This document shows positions 46,826 through 54,493 of a stretch of DNA of 64,000 nt, piece after piece (the stretch's first letter is position 1; every line of letters begins with the position of its first letter). Made by a program: the position numbers and the translations under genes. The stretch comes from Candidatus Krumholzibacteriota bacterium. Lineage in GTDB: Bacteria > Krumholzibacteriota > Krumholzibacteriia > LZORAL124-64-63. Where the stretch lies: contig JBDLKA010000001.1 of assembly GCA_039714075.1 (NCBI GenBank), positions 64,001-128,000 on the forward strand, read 5' to 3'. The notes under the pieces are model-generated. The model had not been told where the DNA came from and did not search any database. It saw nothing but the letters and a program-made list of their open reading frames with translations.

Positions 46826-47626
46826 ATGAGCACAAAACACGTCTTGATCTCCAACGACGATGGCATCGACGCCCACGGCCTGGGTGTCCTGGAAAGCACG
46901 GTGCGGGCCATGGACGGGTTCCGCGTCACGGTGGTGGCGCCCAGCGACCAGCAAAGCGCCTCGAGCCACAGCCTGACCCTGACGTCCCCGCTGCGCATCC
47001 TCGAACAGGGCGAAGACAGGTACGCGGTGACCGGCACCCCGACCGACAGCGTCCTGGTGGCCATGGAGAAGATCCTGCGCGCGGACCGGCCCGACCTCGT
47101 GCTCAGCGGCATCAACCACGGGCCCAACATGGGGGAGGACGTCCTGTACTCGGGCACCGTGGCCGCGGCCATGGAAGGCACCATGTTCGGCATCCCCAGC
47201 TACGCCATCTCCCTGGCGGCTTGGCATCCCACGGATTTCAGCGGCGCGGCCGATTTCATCCGGCGCAGCCTGCGGGAAATTCTCGAATTTCCCCTGCGCA
47301 AGGGATCGCTCATGAACATCAACATCCCCGACGGACCGCCCAGCAACCTGCAGGGCATCCGGGTCACCCGCCTGGGCAGCCGGGTCTACAGCAACGTGAT
47401 CACCGACCAGGTCGATCCCCACGGCCGTCCCTACTTCTGGATCGGCGGACAGGGCCCGACCTGGGCCCGCGAGAACGGCAGCGACTACTGCGCGGTGGAA
47501 GAGGGCTACGTCAGCCTGACGCCCCTGATGGTGGACCTGACCCATTACGGCCTGCAGCAGGAAATGAAACACCTCGAGCGGGACGGCCTGGCTGAAGAAG
47601 GCAACGCGGGCGGTGGCTCGCGATGA
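46826..47626 (+). CDS. surE: 5'/3'-nucleotidase SurE
   Basis: LISNDDG, VVAP, GTPTD, SGINHGPN, YSGTVAAAMEG, SLTPL. Confidence 0.95.
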   Translation: MSTKHVLISNDDGIDAHGLGVLESTVRAMDGFRVTVVAPSDQQSASSHSLTLTSPLRILEQGEDRYAVTGTPTDSVLVAMEKILRADRPDLVLSGINHGPNMGEDVLYSGTVAAAMEGTMFGIPSYAISLAAWHPTDFSGAADFIRRSLREILEFPLRKGSLMNINIPDGPPSNLQGIRVTRLGSRVYSNVITDQVDPHGRPYFWIGGQGPTWARENGSDYCAVEEGYVSLTPLMVDLTHYGLQQEMKHLERDGLAEEGNAGGGSR

Positions 47627-48279
47627 AGGATTACGCCGTCGCGAGGCGGCGCATGGTTCGCGAGCAACTGGTCGAAGGGGGGCTCAACGATCGTCGTGTC
47701 CTGAAGGTGATGGAAGAGGTGCCCCGCCACCTGTTCGTGCCCAAACTGCTCCAGCACCGCGCTCACCAGCCCAGTGCCCTGCCCATCGGGCACGGCCAGA
47801 CTATCAGCAAACCCTTTACCGTCGGGCTGATGACCTGCCTGCTGGAACTTCAGGGCCACGAGCATGTTCTGGAGGTCGGCACGGGATCCGGCTACCAGGC
47901 CGCCATCCTGGCCCGGCTGGTCCGCAGTGTTGTCTCTGTGGAGCGAATCCGGCCCCTGGCCGAACGCTCGCGGGTGACTTTGGCCAAGATGGGGGTCGAG
48001 AACATCAACGTGTTGGCCCATGACGGGGGAGTGGGAGCTCCGGACCACGCGCCCTTCGACGCCATCATGGTCACCGCCTGCGCGCCCAGCCTGCCGGCCC
48101 ATCTGGTGTCGCAACTGAAGGACGGCGGCCACCTGTTGATCCCCATCAGCAAGGGCCGCGAACAGATCCTGTACCGGTACCGCCGCGAAGGCCAGGAAGT
48201 GTCGATCGAGCAGTCGGTATCCTGCCGGTTCGTCCCGCTCTTGTCCGGGGTGACCGCCGAGGGAGAAAATCTTGCGTGA
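47623..48279 (+). CDS. pcm: Protein-L-isoaspartate O-methyltransferase
   Basis: VPRHLFV, LPIG.GQTIS.P, VLEVGTGSGYQAA, APFDAI, FVPL. Confidence 0.95.
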   Translation: MKDYAVARRRMVREQLVEGGLNDRRVLKVMEEVPRHLFVPKLLQHRAHQPSALPIGHGQTISKPFTVGLMTCLLELQGHEHVLEVGTGSGYQAAILARLVRSVVSVERIRPLAERSRVTLAKMGVENINVLAHDGGVGAPDHAPFDAIMVTACAPSLPAHLVSQLKDGGHLLIPISKGREQILYRYRREGQEVSIEQSVSCRFVPLLSGVTAEGENLA

Positions 48280-48763
48280 ACAGCTTCTGGAATCCATCCA
48301 GCAATTGCCGCCCCCGGTCGCGGTCTTCCTGGTGGCCATGCTGCCGGTTTTCGAGCTCAGGGGCGCCGTGCCCCTCGGGTACGCCATGGGCATGGAAAGT
48401 CCCGTCCTGATCTACCTGTTGTCCGTGGCGGGCAATTTCGTCCCCGTGCTGCCCATTCTTTTCCTTTTGGGACCGGCCGAGCGGACGCTGCGGCGCTTCA
48501 AGACCATGGACCGCTTCTTCGACTGGCTGTTCCGGCGTACCGTCAGCCGCAGCAAATTGATCAAGAAATACGAGAGTCTGGGCCTGATCCTGTTCGTGGC
48601 CATCCCCGCACCCATGACCGGCGCCTGGACCGGCAGCGTGGCCGCCTACCTGTTCAAACTTCCCTTGCGGATGGCAATTCCATGTATCATTCTTGGCATC
48701 CTGATCGCCGGAGTGGTGGTCACGCTTGTTTCACAGGGGGTTATCTCCTTTTGGCACATGTAG
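48272..48763 (+). CDS. Small multidrug export family (COG2426-like) membrane protein
   Basis: MLP.FELRGAVP, GN..PV, GLILFVAIP.P.TGAWTG. Confidence 0.82.
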   Translation: MREQLLESIQQLPPPVAVFLVAMLPVFELRGAVPLGYAMGMESPVLIYLLSVAGNFVPVLPILFLLGPAERTLRRFKTMDRFFDWLFRRTVSRSKLIKKYESLGLILFVAIPAPMTGAWTGSVAAYLFKLPLRMAIPCIILGILIAGVVVTLVSQGVISFWHM

Positions 48764-48801
48764 CGTGGTAATCCGCCGGATCGGGACCGACATCTTTCAG
48801 T

Positions 48802-48879
48802 CGGGGCGTAGCGCAGCCCGGTTAGCGCGCCTGCTTCGGGAGCAGGAGGTCGGGAGTTCAAATCTCCCCGCCCCGACCA
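48802..48879 (+). tRNA. tRNA-Pro (CGG)
   Basis: CGGGGCG...CCTGC-TTCGGGA-GCAGG...GTTCAAATC...CGCCCCGACCA. Confidence 0.95.
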
Positions 48880-48898
48880 TTAACCCAATTAAATTGCC

Positions 48899-48929
48899 AA
48901 AGTTGTCCGAATGATGGGCAGCTTTTTTT
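48899..48929 (+). terminator. Intrinsic terminator after tRNA-Pro(CGG)
   Basis: aaagttgtcc-gaatgat-gggcagcttt followed by a T run. Confidence 0.75.
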
Positions 48930-48966
48930 ATTGGCTTATTGGTGGGGCAACTGGGAATAGGACCCT

Positions 48967-49578
48967 TTACCGGAACAAGGCCTTGACCGACCCGAAGCTG
49001 GCTCCCTCAACCCCAACAACACAATCCGTATTGACGGTGGCCACGGGGATGTCGGGCCCACCGGACGACTGGTAGACCTGCATCAGAATAGATCCTTCCG
49101 CATTCTGCACAATCGGATAAACACCTGGTATCGAAGGATTCGAAGATTGATGGAGGTACATTTCCACAGGCATATATTCCAGAAACATATATTGCCACGA
49201 GTGTAGAATGGTCGCGGGCTCAGCTACAATCGAATAGGGCAAACCGACGACAAAATCACCACCCAGATGATTGTTGCCTGGAATAGGTGGACCTGCCCAG
49301 ACCCTATTACCAGGGGTGGTAGCCAACCTGTAGAACAAGCTTTCCATGCCGGCGGGAACCACGTTCTCAAGCCCGAACTCATATGCGTTGATCGCCGGCG
49401 CGGTGGGATTGGTCAGAATCAAATATGCCATGAAGGGGATCCCGGCAGGAACGATCAGGCAATTATCCTCGGCCGCCGTGTCGAAATAGATGCCAATCGA
49501 ATCAGGGTCGGGATCAATGACGGCAAGGACCGATGTCGCAGTAAGGCATGCCAGCAACAGAACCATCAACTTCTTCAT
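48967..49578 (-). CDS. Secreted hypothetical protein, paralogue 2, ending SFGSVKALFR
   Basis: Start MKKLMVLLLACL at 49578 after GGGGG; shares YLILTN, INAYE, VPAGME, VQNAEGSILMQV with 34353..34970. Confidence 0.85.
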   Translation of the reverse strand: MKKLMVLLLACLTATSVLAVIDPDPDSIGIYFDTAAEDNCLIVPAGIPFMAYLILTNPTAPAINAYEFGLENVVPAGMESLFYRLATTPGNRVWAGPPIPGNNHLGGDFVVGLPYSIVAEPATILHSWQYMFLEYMPVEMYLHQSSNPSIPGVYPIVQNAEGSILMQVYQSSGGPDIPVATVNTDCVVGVEGASFGSVKALFR

Positions 49579-49808
49579 GTCGCACCCCCAAATATTTGAA
49601 ATAAAAATCAGGCGAACGAAAATCAGCGAAGCATGTTGTAATGGGAGCAGTGTACCACAATCGAGAGCCAGGATGGTATTGGACAGGTCACCGGGTGCTT
49701 CATTGACCACAACCCGGGGGAGATGTACATTTTCCATCCTGAACAAAGGGGTGGACATGGTGTTCAGCCCCAAAAGGGGTTTGACACATTTATCGAAGGC
49801 GCAACTTC

Positions 49809-50450
49809 ATGCCTCTTGGAAAGTTTTGGCCGGGATTTTTCCTGATGTTGGTATTGGGGGCAGGCACGGCCTTCGCCGCCTCGAATTCCCCGGCCTCCTA
49901 TGAAGTCCGCAAAGGGGATTACCTGGGCCTCATCGCCGGAAAATTCGGCGTTACGGTGAGCGAAATCCGCTCGGCGAACAACCTTTCGTCCGATGTCCTG
50001 CGGATCGGGCAGAAACTTCGCTTGAAGAACCCCTTCCACAGACAGGCCAAAGCCAAGGTCCAGTGGAGCACCCCTTCCAGCAAAACCGGCAAGGTGCTGC
50101 GCCCCTTCGGTCCCTACAAGAAAAAGGGCATCCTGATGCCCAGCACCGGCACCGACTTGACCTGCGCCCTAGGTACGGCGGTGTCCAGCCCAGCCCACGG
50201 CGTGGTTCGGCACATCGGCCACATGGACGGCTTCGGAACCCTGATCATCATCGAACACGGGGGAGGGTACGCCACGGTTCTATCTCCCCTCGATCCCACG
50301 ACTGTTGTCGTGGAGGTGGGGCAGGCCATCTTGCGGGGTGACCACCTCGCACGAACCGGACCGCCGCCCGAAAAGGATACGCCGCCCTTCCTGCACGTGG
50401 AATTGCGCAAGAACGACAAGGCCATCAAACCCGACCCGCTGCTGAAGTAG
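49809..50450 (+). CDS. LysM plus M23-peptidase-like protein (NlpD-like)
   Basis: Signal peptide; YEVRKGD.L..IA...N.L....LRIGQKL; G..IIIEH, LHVELRK; metal-binding motifs look degenerate. Confidence 0.82.
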   Translation: MPLGKFWPGFFLMLVLGAGTAFAASNSPASYEVRKGDYLGLIAGKFGVTVSEIRSANNLSSDVLRIGQKLRLKNPFHRQAKAKVQWSTPSSKTGKVLRPFGPYKKKGILMPSTGTDLTCALGTAVSSPAHGVVRHIGHMDGFGTLIIIEHGGGYATVLSPLDPTTVVVEVGQAILRGDHLARTGPPPEKDTPPFLHVELRKNDKAIKPDPLLK

Positions 50451-50472
50451 CCGGTCAGACAGGAGCTCGCCC

Positions 50473-50991
50473 GTGGATCTGCGCCAAGTCATCCGGGACG
50501 TTCCCGATTTCCCCAAGCCCGGCATCATGTTCAGGGACATCACCCCGGTCATGGAAAACCCCGAGGCATTACGCGTCGCATTGGCTGGTATGAAGGAACT
50601 GCTGGCGGATGTTACCTTCGACTCCTTCTGCGCCATCGAGTCCCGTGGTTTCCTCTTCGGCGCGCCCATGGGGCTGGACATGGACAAGCCGCTGGTCCTG
50701 ATGCGCAAGGCCGGCAAACTGCCCGCCGAAACCCGGGCCGTGACCTACGATCTGGAATACGGGCAGGCCACTTTGGAGATGCACGTCGACAGCGTCAACG
50801 CAGGGGACAGGGTTATCATCGTGGACGATCTTCTGGCCACCGGAGGAACGGCCGAGGCCTCGGCCCGCCTGATCACGGACGCGGGCGGAATCGTGGCGGG
50901 ATTCCTGTTCATGGTGGAACTGGATTTCCTGGCCGGAAGAAAGAAGTTGGAAAACCTGGGCCCGGTTTTTTCCCTTGTTAACTATTCCTGA
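50473..50991 (+). CDS. apt: Adenine phosphoribosyltransferase
   Basis: PDFPKPGI.FRDIT, ESRGF, RK.GKLP, LEYG, VDDLLATGGT. Confidence 0.96.
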   Translation: MDLRQVIRDVPDFPKPGIMFRDITPVMENPEALRVALAGMKELLADVTFDSFCAIESRGFLFGAPMGLDMDKPLVLMRKAGKLPAETRAVTYDLEYGQATLEMHVDSVNAGDRVIIVDDLLATGGTAEASARLITDAGGIVAGFLFMVELDFLAGRKKLENLGPVFSLVNYS

Positions 50992-51026
50992 CGCGCCTAT
51001 TTTGTGCCACGCGCACCAGATACGGT

Positions 51027-51103
51027 GCCCCCGTAGCTCAGTTGGATAGAGCATCAGATTCCTAATCTGGGGGCCGTGGGTTCGAATCCCGCCGGGGGTA
51101 CCA
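51027..51103 (+). tRNA. tRNA-Arg (CCT)
   Basis: GCCCCCG...TCAGA-TTCCTAA-TCTGG...GTTCGAATC...CGGGGGTACCA. Confidence 0.95.
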
Positions 51104-51105
51104 AC

Positions 51106-51134
51106 AAAAAAAAGCGGCCACCGCGCCGCTTTTT
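51106..51134. terminator. Bidirectional intrinsic terminator
   Basis: A run-gcggc-caccgc-gccgc-T run between the convergent tRNA and membrane protein gene. Confidence 0.8.
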
Positions 51135-51165
51135 CCATTACCAAACTCTTCCCGGATAATCCTGC

Positions 51166-52869
51166 TCAGGGAACCATGAATCCCATCCGCCCGAGACCGG
51201 CCTCGGTAACCATGGGACCTTGCGGCGCGCGAACATCCAGCCCGTCCCACACCCACAGATCAAAATAGCGGGAATGCCCGGCACGCGAATAAAGAGACTC
51301 GAAGTGCTGCCTGAAACGGTTGGAGAAAACCGGGTCATGAGGCGCGTACCAGTTCTCCTTGTCGAAGGGACGCTGCCCCCGCGGCACCAGCCACAGGTTC
51401 ACGATTCCCTTTTCCAGGGCGCGATAGGTTTCCGGCGGCATCTTCAGTCCCGTCAGCCGGCAGTCCATGACCGAAACCGGTTCCACCAGCAGGGGATTGT
51501 CCGCGAAGACCAGCAGCGGTCTGAGCCAGGTGTGACGGAAAGAAGCATTTTCACCGCCGCAGGCCATGCCGATGGAAAGGTCGGGGAACTGTTCGATGAT
51601 GCCCTGGACATCGGAGGCCAGATCGGGAGCCTGCGATATCTGCCAGTCCACCAGGCGGACAGCCCGGTAGGCGTTGACCGAACCGGTGAGCAACGCGGTC
51701 ATCACCACGGCGGCCACGGCACACTGGCGCAGGCCCGGCACCGGCGAGATGGGGGACCAGTTGCGGACCTCCAGGATTTCCTGCAGCAGCATCCCGGCAA
51801 TGTACATAGTGGAGGGGACCAGGGGCAGCAGGTGCACCAACCCCGCACCGGGTTTGGCCGCCAGCACCAGGGTCAGGGCCAGCGAGGCCACCAGGCCAAG
51901 CAGGACCGCCGCGTGCTGTTTCAACTGGCTCGCCCGGACCGGCGACACCAGCAGCAGCACCGCGACCGGCAGCAGCAGATAGGCGGTGTACTGCAGCGTG
52001 ACGGCCACCGAATCGGCAACCAATCCGTGGCCCACGGCGTTCCGCAACCAGGCCACATAGTTGACTATCGAAACCTGCGGATGAAAAACAAACGGCGCCG
52101 CGATGACCCCGCCCGCTCCCAGCATGGTCGGAAACAGGGACCGCCACCCGAACCGGCGGGCCGCCAATGGCAGGATCGGCAGAAAATAGAGTGCGGCGTG
52201 CACCTTGAGGTTGACGGCAAAACCGAACATGACCGCCAGGGTGACCAGGGCGATTGCCTTGCGGCCTTTGGCTACCGAGAACAGCGTCAGGCCGATGGCG
52301 AAGACCAGCAGGGCGTCCGGCCGCACCAGGTACACCGCAAAACCCTGGCTCCAGAAATACAGGGCCGCCAGACTGGTCACCGCAAGGGCCACCCAATCCC
52401 GACCGGATCGGGCCAACGCCGCGTATAAGAACACCAGGCACCCCAATACGCCCAGAATCGACGCCAGTTTGGCCGAGAACAGGGAGGGCCCCAGCACTTT
52501 CAGGAACAAACCATTGGTCAGGAATACCGAAGGACCATACAGGACACTGTAACGCTGGGCGGACTCGACATCGTGATAGAGGGGTTCACCACTTTGAACC
52601 AGCCAGGACAGGCTGGATATGACGGGCTCGACTTCGCCGGCGAAACCGTCCTGCACCAGATACCAGGCGCCGATCCCCGCAAAAACAAGAATGACACCCA
52701 TACAAAGGCCGACGACACCGCGCCGCCTGGTCGTGGGGGAGATCGTGCCGAAAGCGTTCTGGATTTGTTTGTAGCGAACCAGAAGGACCCACAACGTAAA
52801 TGTAAGTGCAAACGCCACAATCATGTGGCGCGCCAGATATATGAAGAAATCCAACAACAGACGGATCAT
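51166..52869 (-). CDS. Polytopic membrane protein, possibly a GT-C-fold glycosyltransferase
   Basis: Many TM segments; EP....S...G.PLY, YGP, RPD and K motifs resembling ArnT/PMT-like proteins; soluble C-terminal domain. Confidence 0.55.
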   Translation of the reverse strand: MIRLLLDFFIYLARHMIVAFALTFTLWVLLVRYKQIQNAFGTISPTTRRRGVVGLCMGVILVFAGIGAWYLVQDGFAGEVEPVISSLSWLVQSGEPLYHDVESAQRYSVLYGPSVFLTNGLFLKVLGPSLFSAKLASILGVLGCLVFLYAALARSGRDWVALAVTSLAALYFWSQGFAVYLVRPDALLVFAIGLTLFSVAKGRKAIALVTLAVMFGFAVNLKVHAALYFLPILPLAARRFGWRSLFPTMLGAGGVIAAPFVFHPQVSIVNYVAWLRNAVGHGLVADSVAVTLQYTAYLLLPVAVLLLVSPVRASQLKQHAAVLLGLVASLALTLVLAAKPGAGLVHLLPLVPSTMYIAGMLLQEILEVRNWSPISPVPGLRQCAVAAVVMTALLTGSVNAYRAVRLVDWQISQAPDLASDVQGIIEQFPDLSIGMACGGENASFRHTWLRPLLVFADNPLLVEPVSVMDCRLTGLKMPPETYRALEKGIVNLWLVPRGQRPFDKENWYAPHDPVFSNRFRQHFESLYSRAGHSRYFDLWVWDGLDVRAPQGPMVTEAGLGRMGFMVP

Positions 52870-53040
52870 TACCAATTAACTTTTGGATCTCCTTACGCCG
52901 ATAAATGGGGCAGAATTGCTCCCAGCCCGGCGAGATAGGCTTGGTGGACATTCACGCCCTTATACTGACAGGATTCTAGAAAAAATCAACCAAAATGACA
53001 TGCCATAAACCAAAAGTTGAACAAAATCACGTAATCAATT

Positions 53041-53421
53041 TCAAATATTGAGGTTGGCGAAGGAAATCAAATGGTTTTCCGCCATCTGGTAGAGATATGT
53101 CGCCACCCGCTCGGGAATCTGGTCGTTTTCCGCCGGAAAATCCCGCCCGAAGGCCGTGGCCATCTCGCCGACGGTCATTTTTCCATCCATCAGGGTCCAA
53201 AGATAGGATCCGCGCTCTTCAAGGGGGATTCGCACGAATTTCTTGCTCTCCTTCAGCCTTGGCTGCAAATAACGCCCCAGAAGCCCCGCACGGAACCGGG
53301 GCTGCAGGACGACCACTTGGTCGGGACCATTGCCCTGGGTCCATCCACAGGCTTTCTGGGGCACCAGAGCCATGAAATCGACCCCGCGCCACTTCCTTGA
53401 GGATTTACGAAAGAAATTCAT
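53041..53421 (-). CDS. Stand-alone PqqD-family (RRE-like) protein
   Basis: L.E.GSYLW..MDG..TVGE....F.....ERV..YL.QM.....I. Confidence 0.7.
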   Translation of the reverse strand: MNFFRKSSRKWRGVDFMALVPQKACGWTQGNGPDQVVVLQPRFRAGLLGRYLQPRLKESKKFVRIPLEERGSYLWTLMDGKMTVGEMATAFGRDFPAENDQIPERVATYLYQMAENHLISFANLNI

Positions 53422-53592
53422 TTGTCCGCAATATTCCCTTCCTGGAAAATCTATCCTAAACTTCGTTTCCCAGCTGACGTTAAACACAGTAGACTGGCGG
53501 CACAGCGCTCGGTCAGGAGCGCAAACGGAGCCACGCCATATCAGCCCTGCCAAGCCAGGGAACAAGATTAGGGAACCGGGTTAGGAAAAGCC

Positions 53593-53946
53593 ATGGAAAA
53601 CCACATATCCATTCGCGACCGCTGGCTGGGAGCCCTTTGCTACCTGTCGGTCGTGGTCTTCGTACCGATGCTGTCCACTTCCAAATCCGCCTTTCTGGCC
53701 CGGCACTGCCGGCAGGGATTCGCACTCCTGTTCGTCGAAGTGGTGGGGGTCTTCTTCATCTGGATCATCGACGCCACCCTCGGCCGTTTGCCGCTGCTGG
53801 GATTCCTCGTGGTGATCGCCCTGCGGCTGGTGTTTTTCCTGTTTGTCCTGTCGATGTCGGTCCTGGGTTTCACCAAGGCCATCTTCGGGGAAGACTGGCG
53901 CCTGCCGTATCTGGACGACCTGGCCGCCAAGATCCCCGTCCACTAG
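53593..53946 (+). CDS. Small membrane protein (DUF4870-like)
   Basis: ALCYL, F...H..QG, three TM segments, KA..GE.WRLP.L..LA. Confidence 0.7.
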   Translation: MENHISIRDRWLGALCYLSVVVFVPMLSTSKSAFLARHCRQGFALLFVEVVGVFFIWIIDATLGRLPLLGFLVVIALRLVFFLFVLSMSVLGFTKAIFGEDWRLPYLDDLAAKIPVH

Positions 53947-53996
53947 CCAAACCCTAAATCCCTATATTTCATACCGATGGGCGAGTCGCTTAAGTG

Positions 53997-54024
53997 ATTG
54001 CGCATAATGTATATTATGTTAAGT
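53997..54024 (+). other. dif: Chromosome dimer resolution site dif
   Basis: ATTGCGCATAA-TGTATA-TTATGTTAAGT, 25/28 identical to E. coli dif; intergenic, at the gene-orientation switch. Confidence 0.95.
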
Positions 54025-54099
54025 TGGCGAAAATGTATAAATAACGGCCGGAAACCCTGAGGCGTCCGGCCGAATAATTCCAGTTACCCCTGCGGCGCA

Positions 54100-54429
54100 T
54101 CAACCGATGACATCCACCATCTTGTCCCGGATCTTGTCCTCGGCGGCCTGCCCGATCAGTGAATCGACCACCTGCCCGTTTTTGAAAAACAGCAACGTGG
54201 GAATGCTCCGGATGCCCAGTTTTCCGGCAGCCTGCGGATTGGCCTGGATATCCATCTTGCCGACCAGCATCCGACCGTCGAATTCCGCGGCCAACTTTTC
54301 GATGGTCGGTGTCATGGCCTTGCAGGGTCCGCACCAGGGCGCCCAGAAATCCACCAATACGGGCTGATTGCTCCCGGTGATCCGCTCATCGAAGTCCTTG
54401 TCAGTGAATTCCGTTAGTTGTCCAGCCAT
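54100..54429 (-). CDS. trxA: Thioredoxin
   Basis: PVLVDFWAPWCGPCK, IRSIPTL. Confidence 0.95.
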   Translation of the reverse strand: MAGQLTEFTDKDFDERITGSNQPVLVDFWAPWCGPCKAMTPTIEKLAAEFDGRMLVGKMDIQANPQAAGKLGIRSIPTLLFFKNGQVVDSLIGQAAEDKIRDKMVDVIG

Positions 54430-54493
54430 GTTTTGTCCTTTCCTGGCGGTAAGGCCGTCCCGAAGGATGGCCCGAAGGTTCGGGTTCACGGGT

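Noticed and set aside
49579..49773. N-terminal extension of ORF 48967..49773
   Set aside because: Paralogue alignment, signal peptide and RBS place the start at 49578
40328..52900. Classical tRNA-targeted genomic islands
   Set aside because: No duplicated tRNA 3' end and no integrase were seen downstream of any tRNA
52990..53005. Sigma-54 promoter TGGCATG on the minus strand
   Set aside because: The required TTGC at -12 is absent at the correct spacing
53955..53980. TAAA-N14-ACCGATGG sigma-28-like motif before dif
   Set aside because: Spacing and -10 box are both off consensus, and there is no downstream gene
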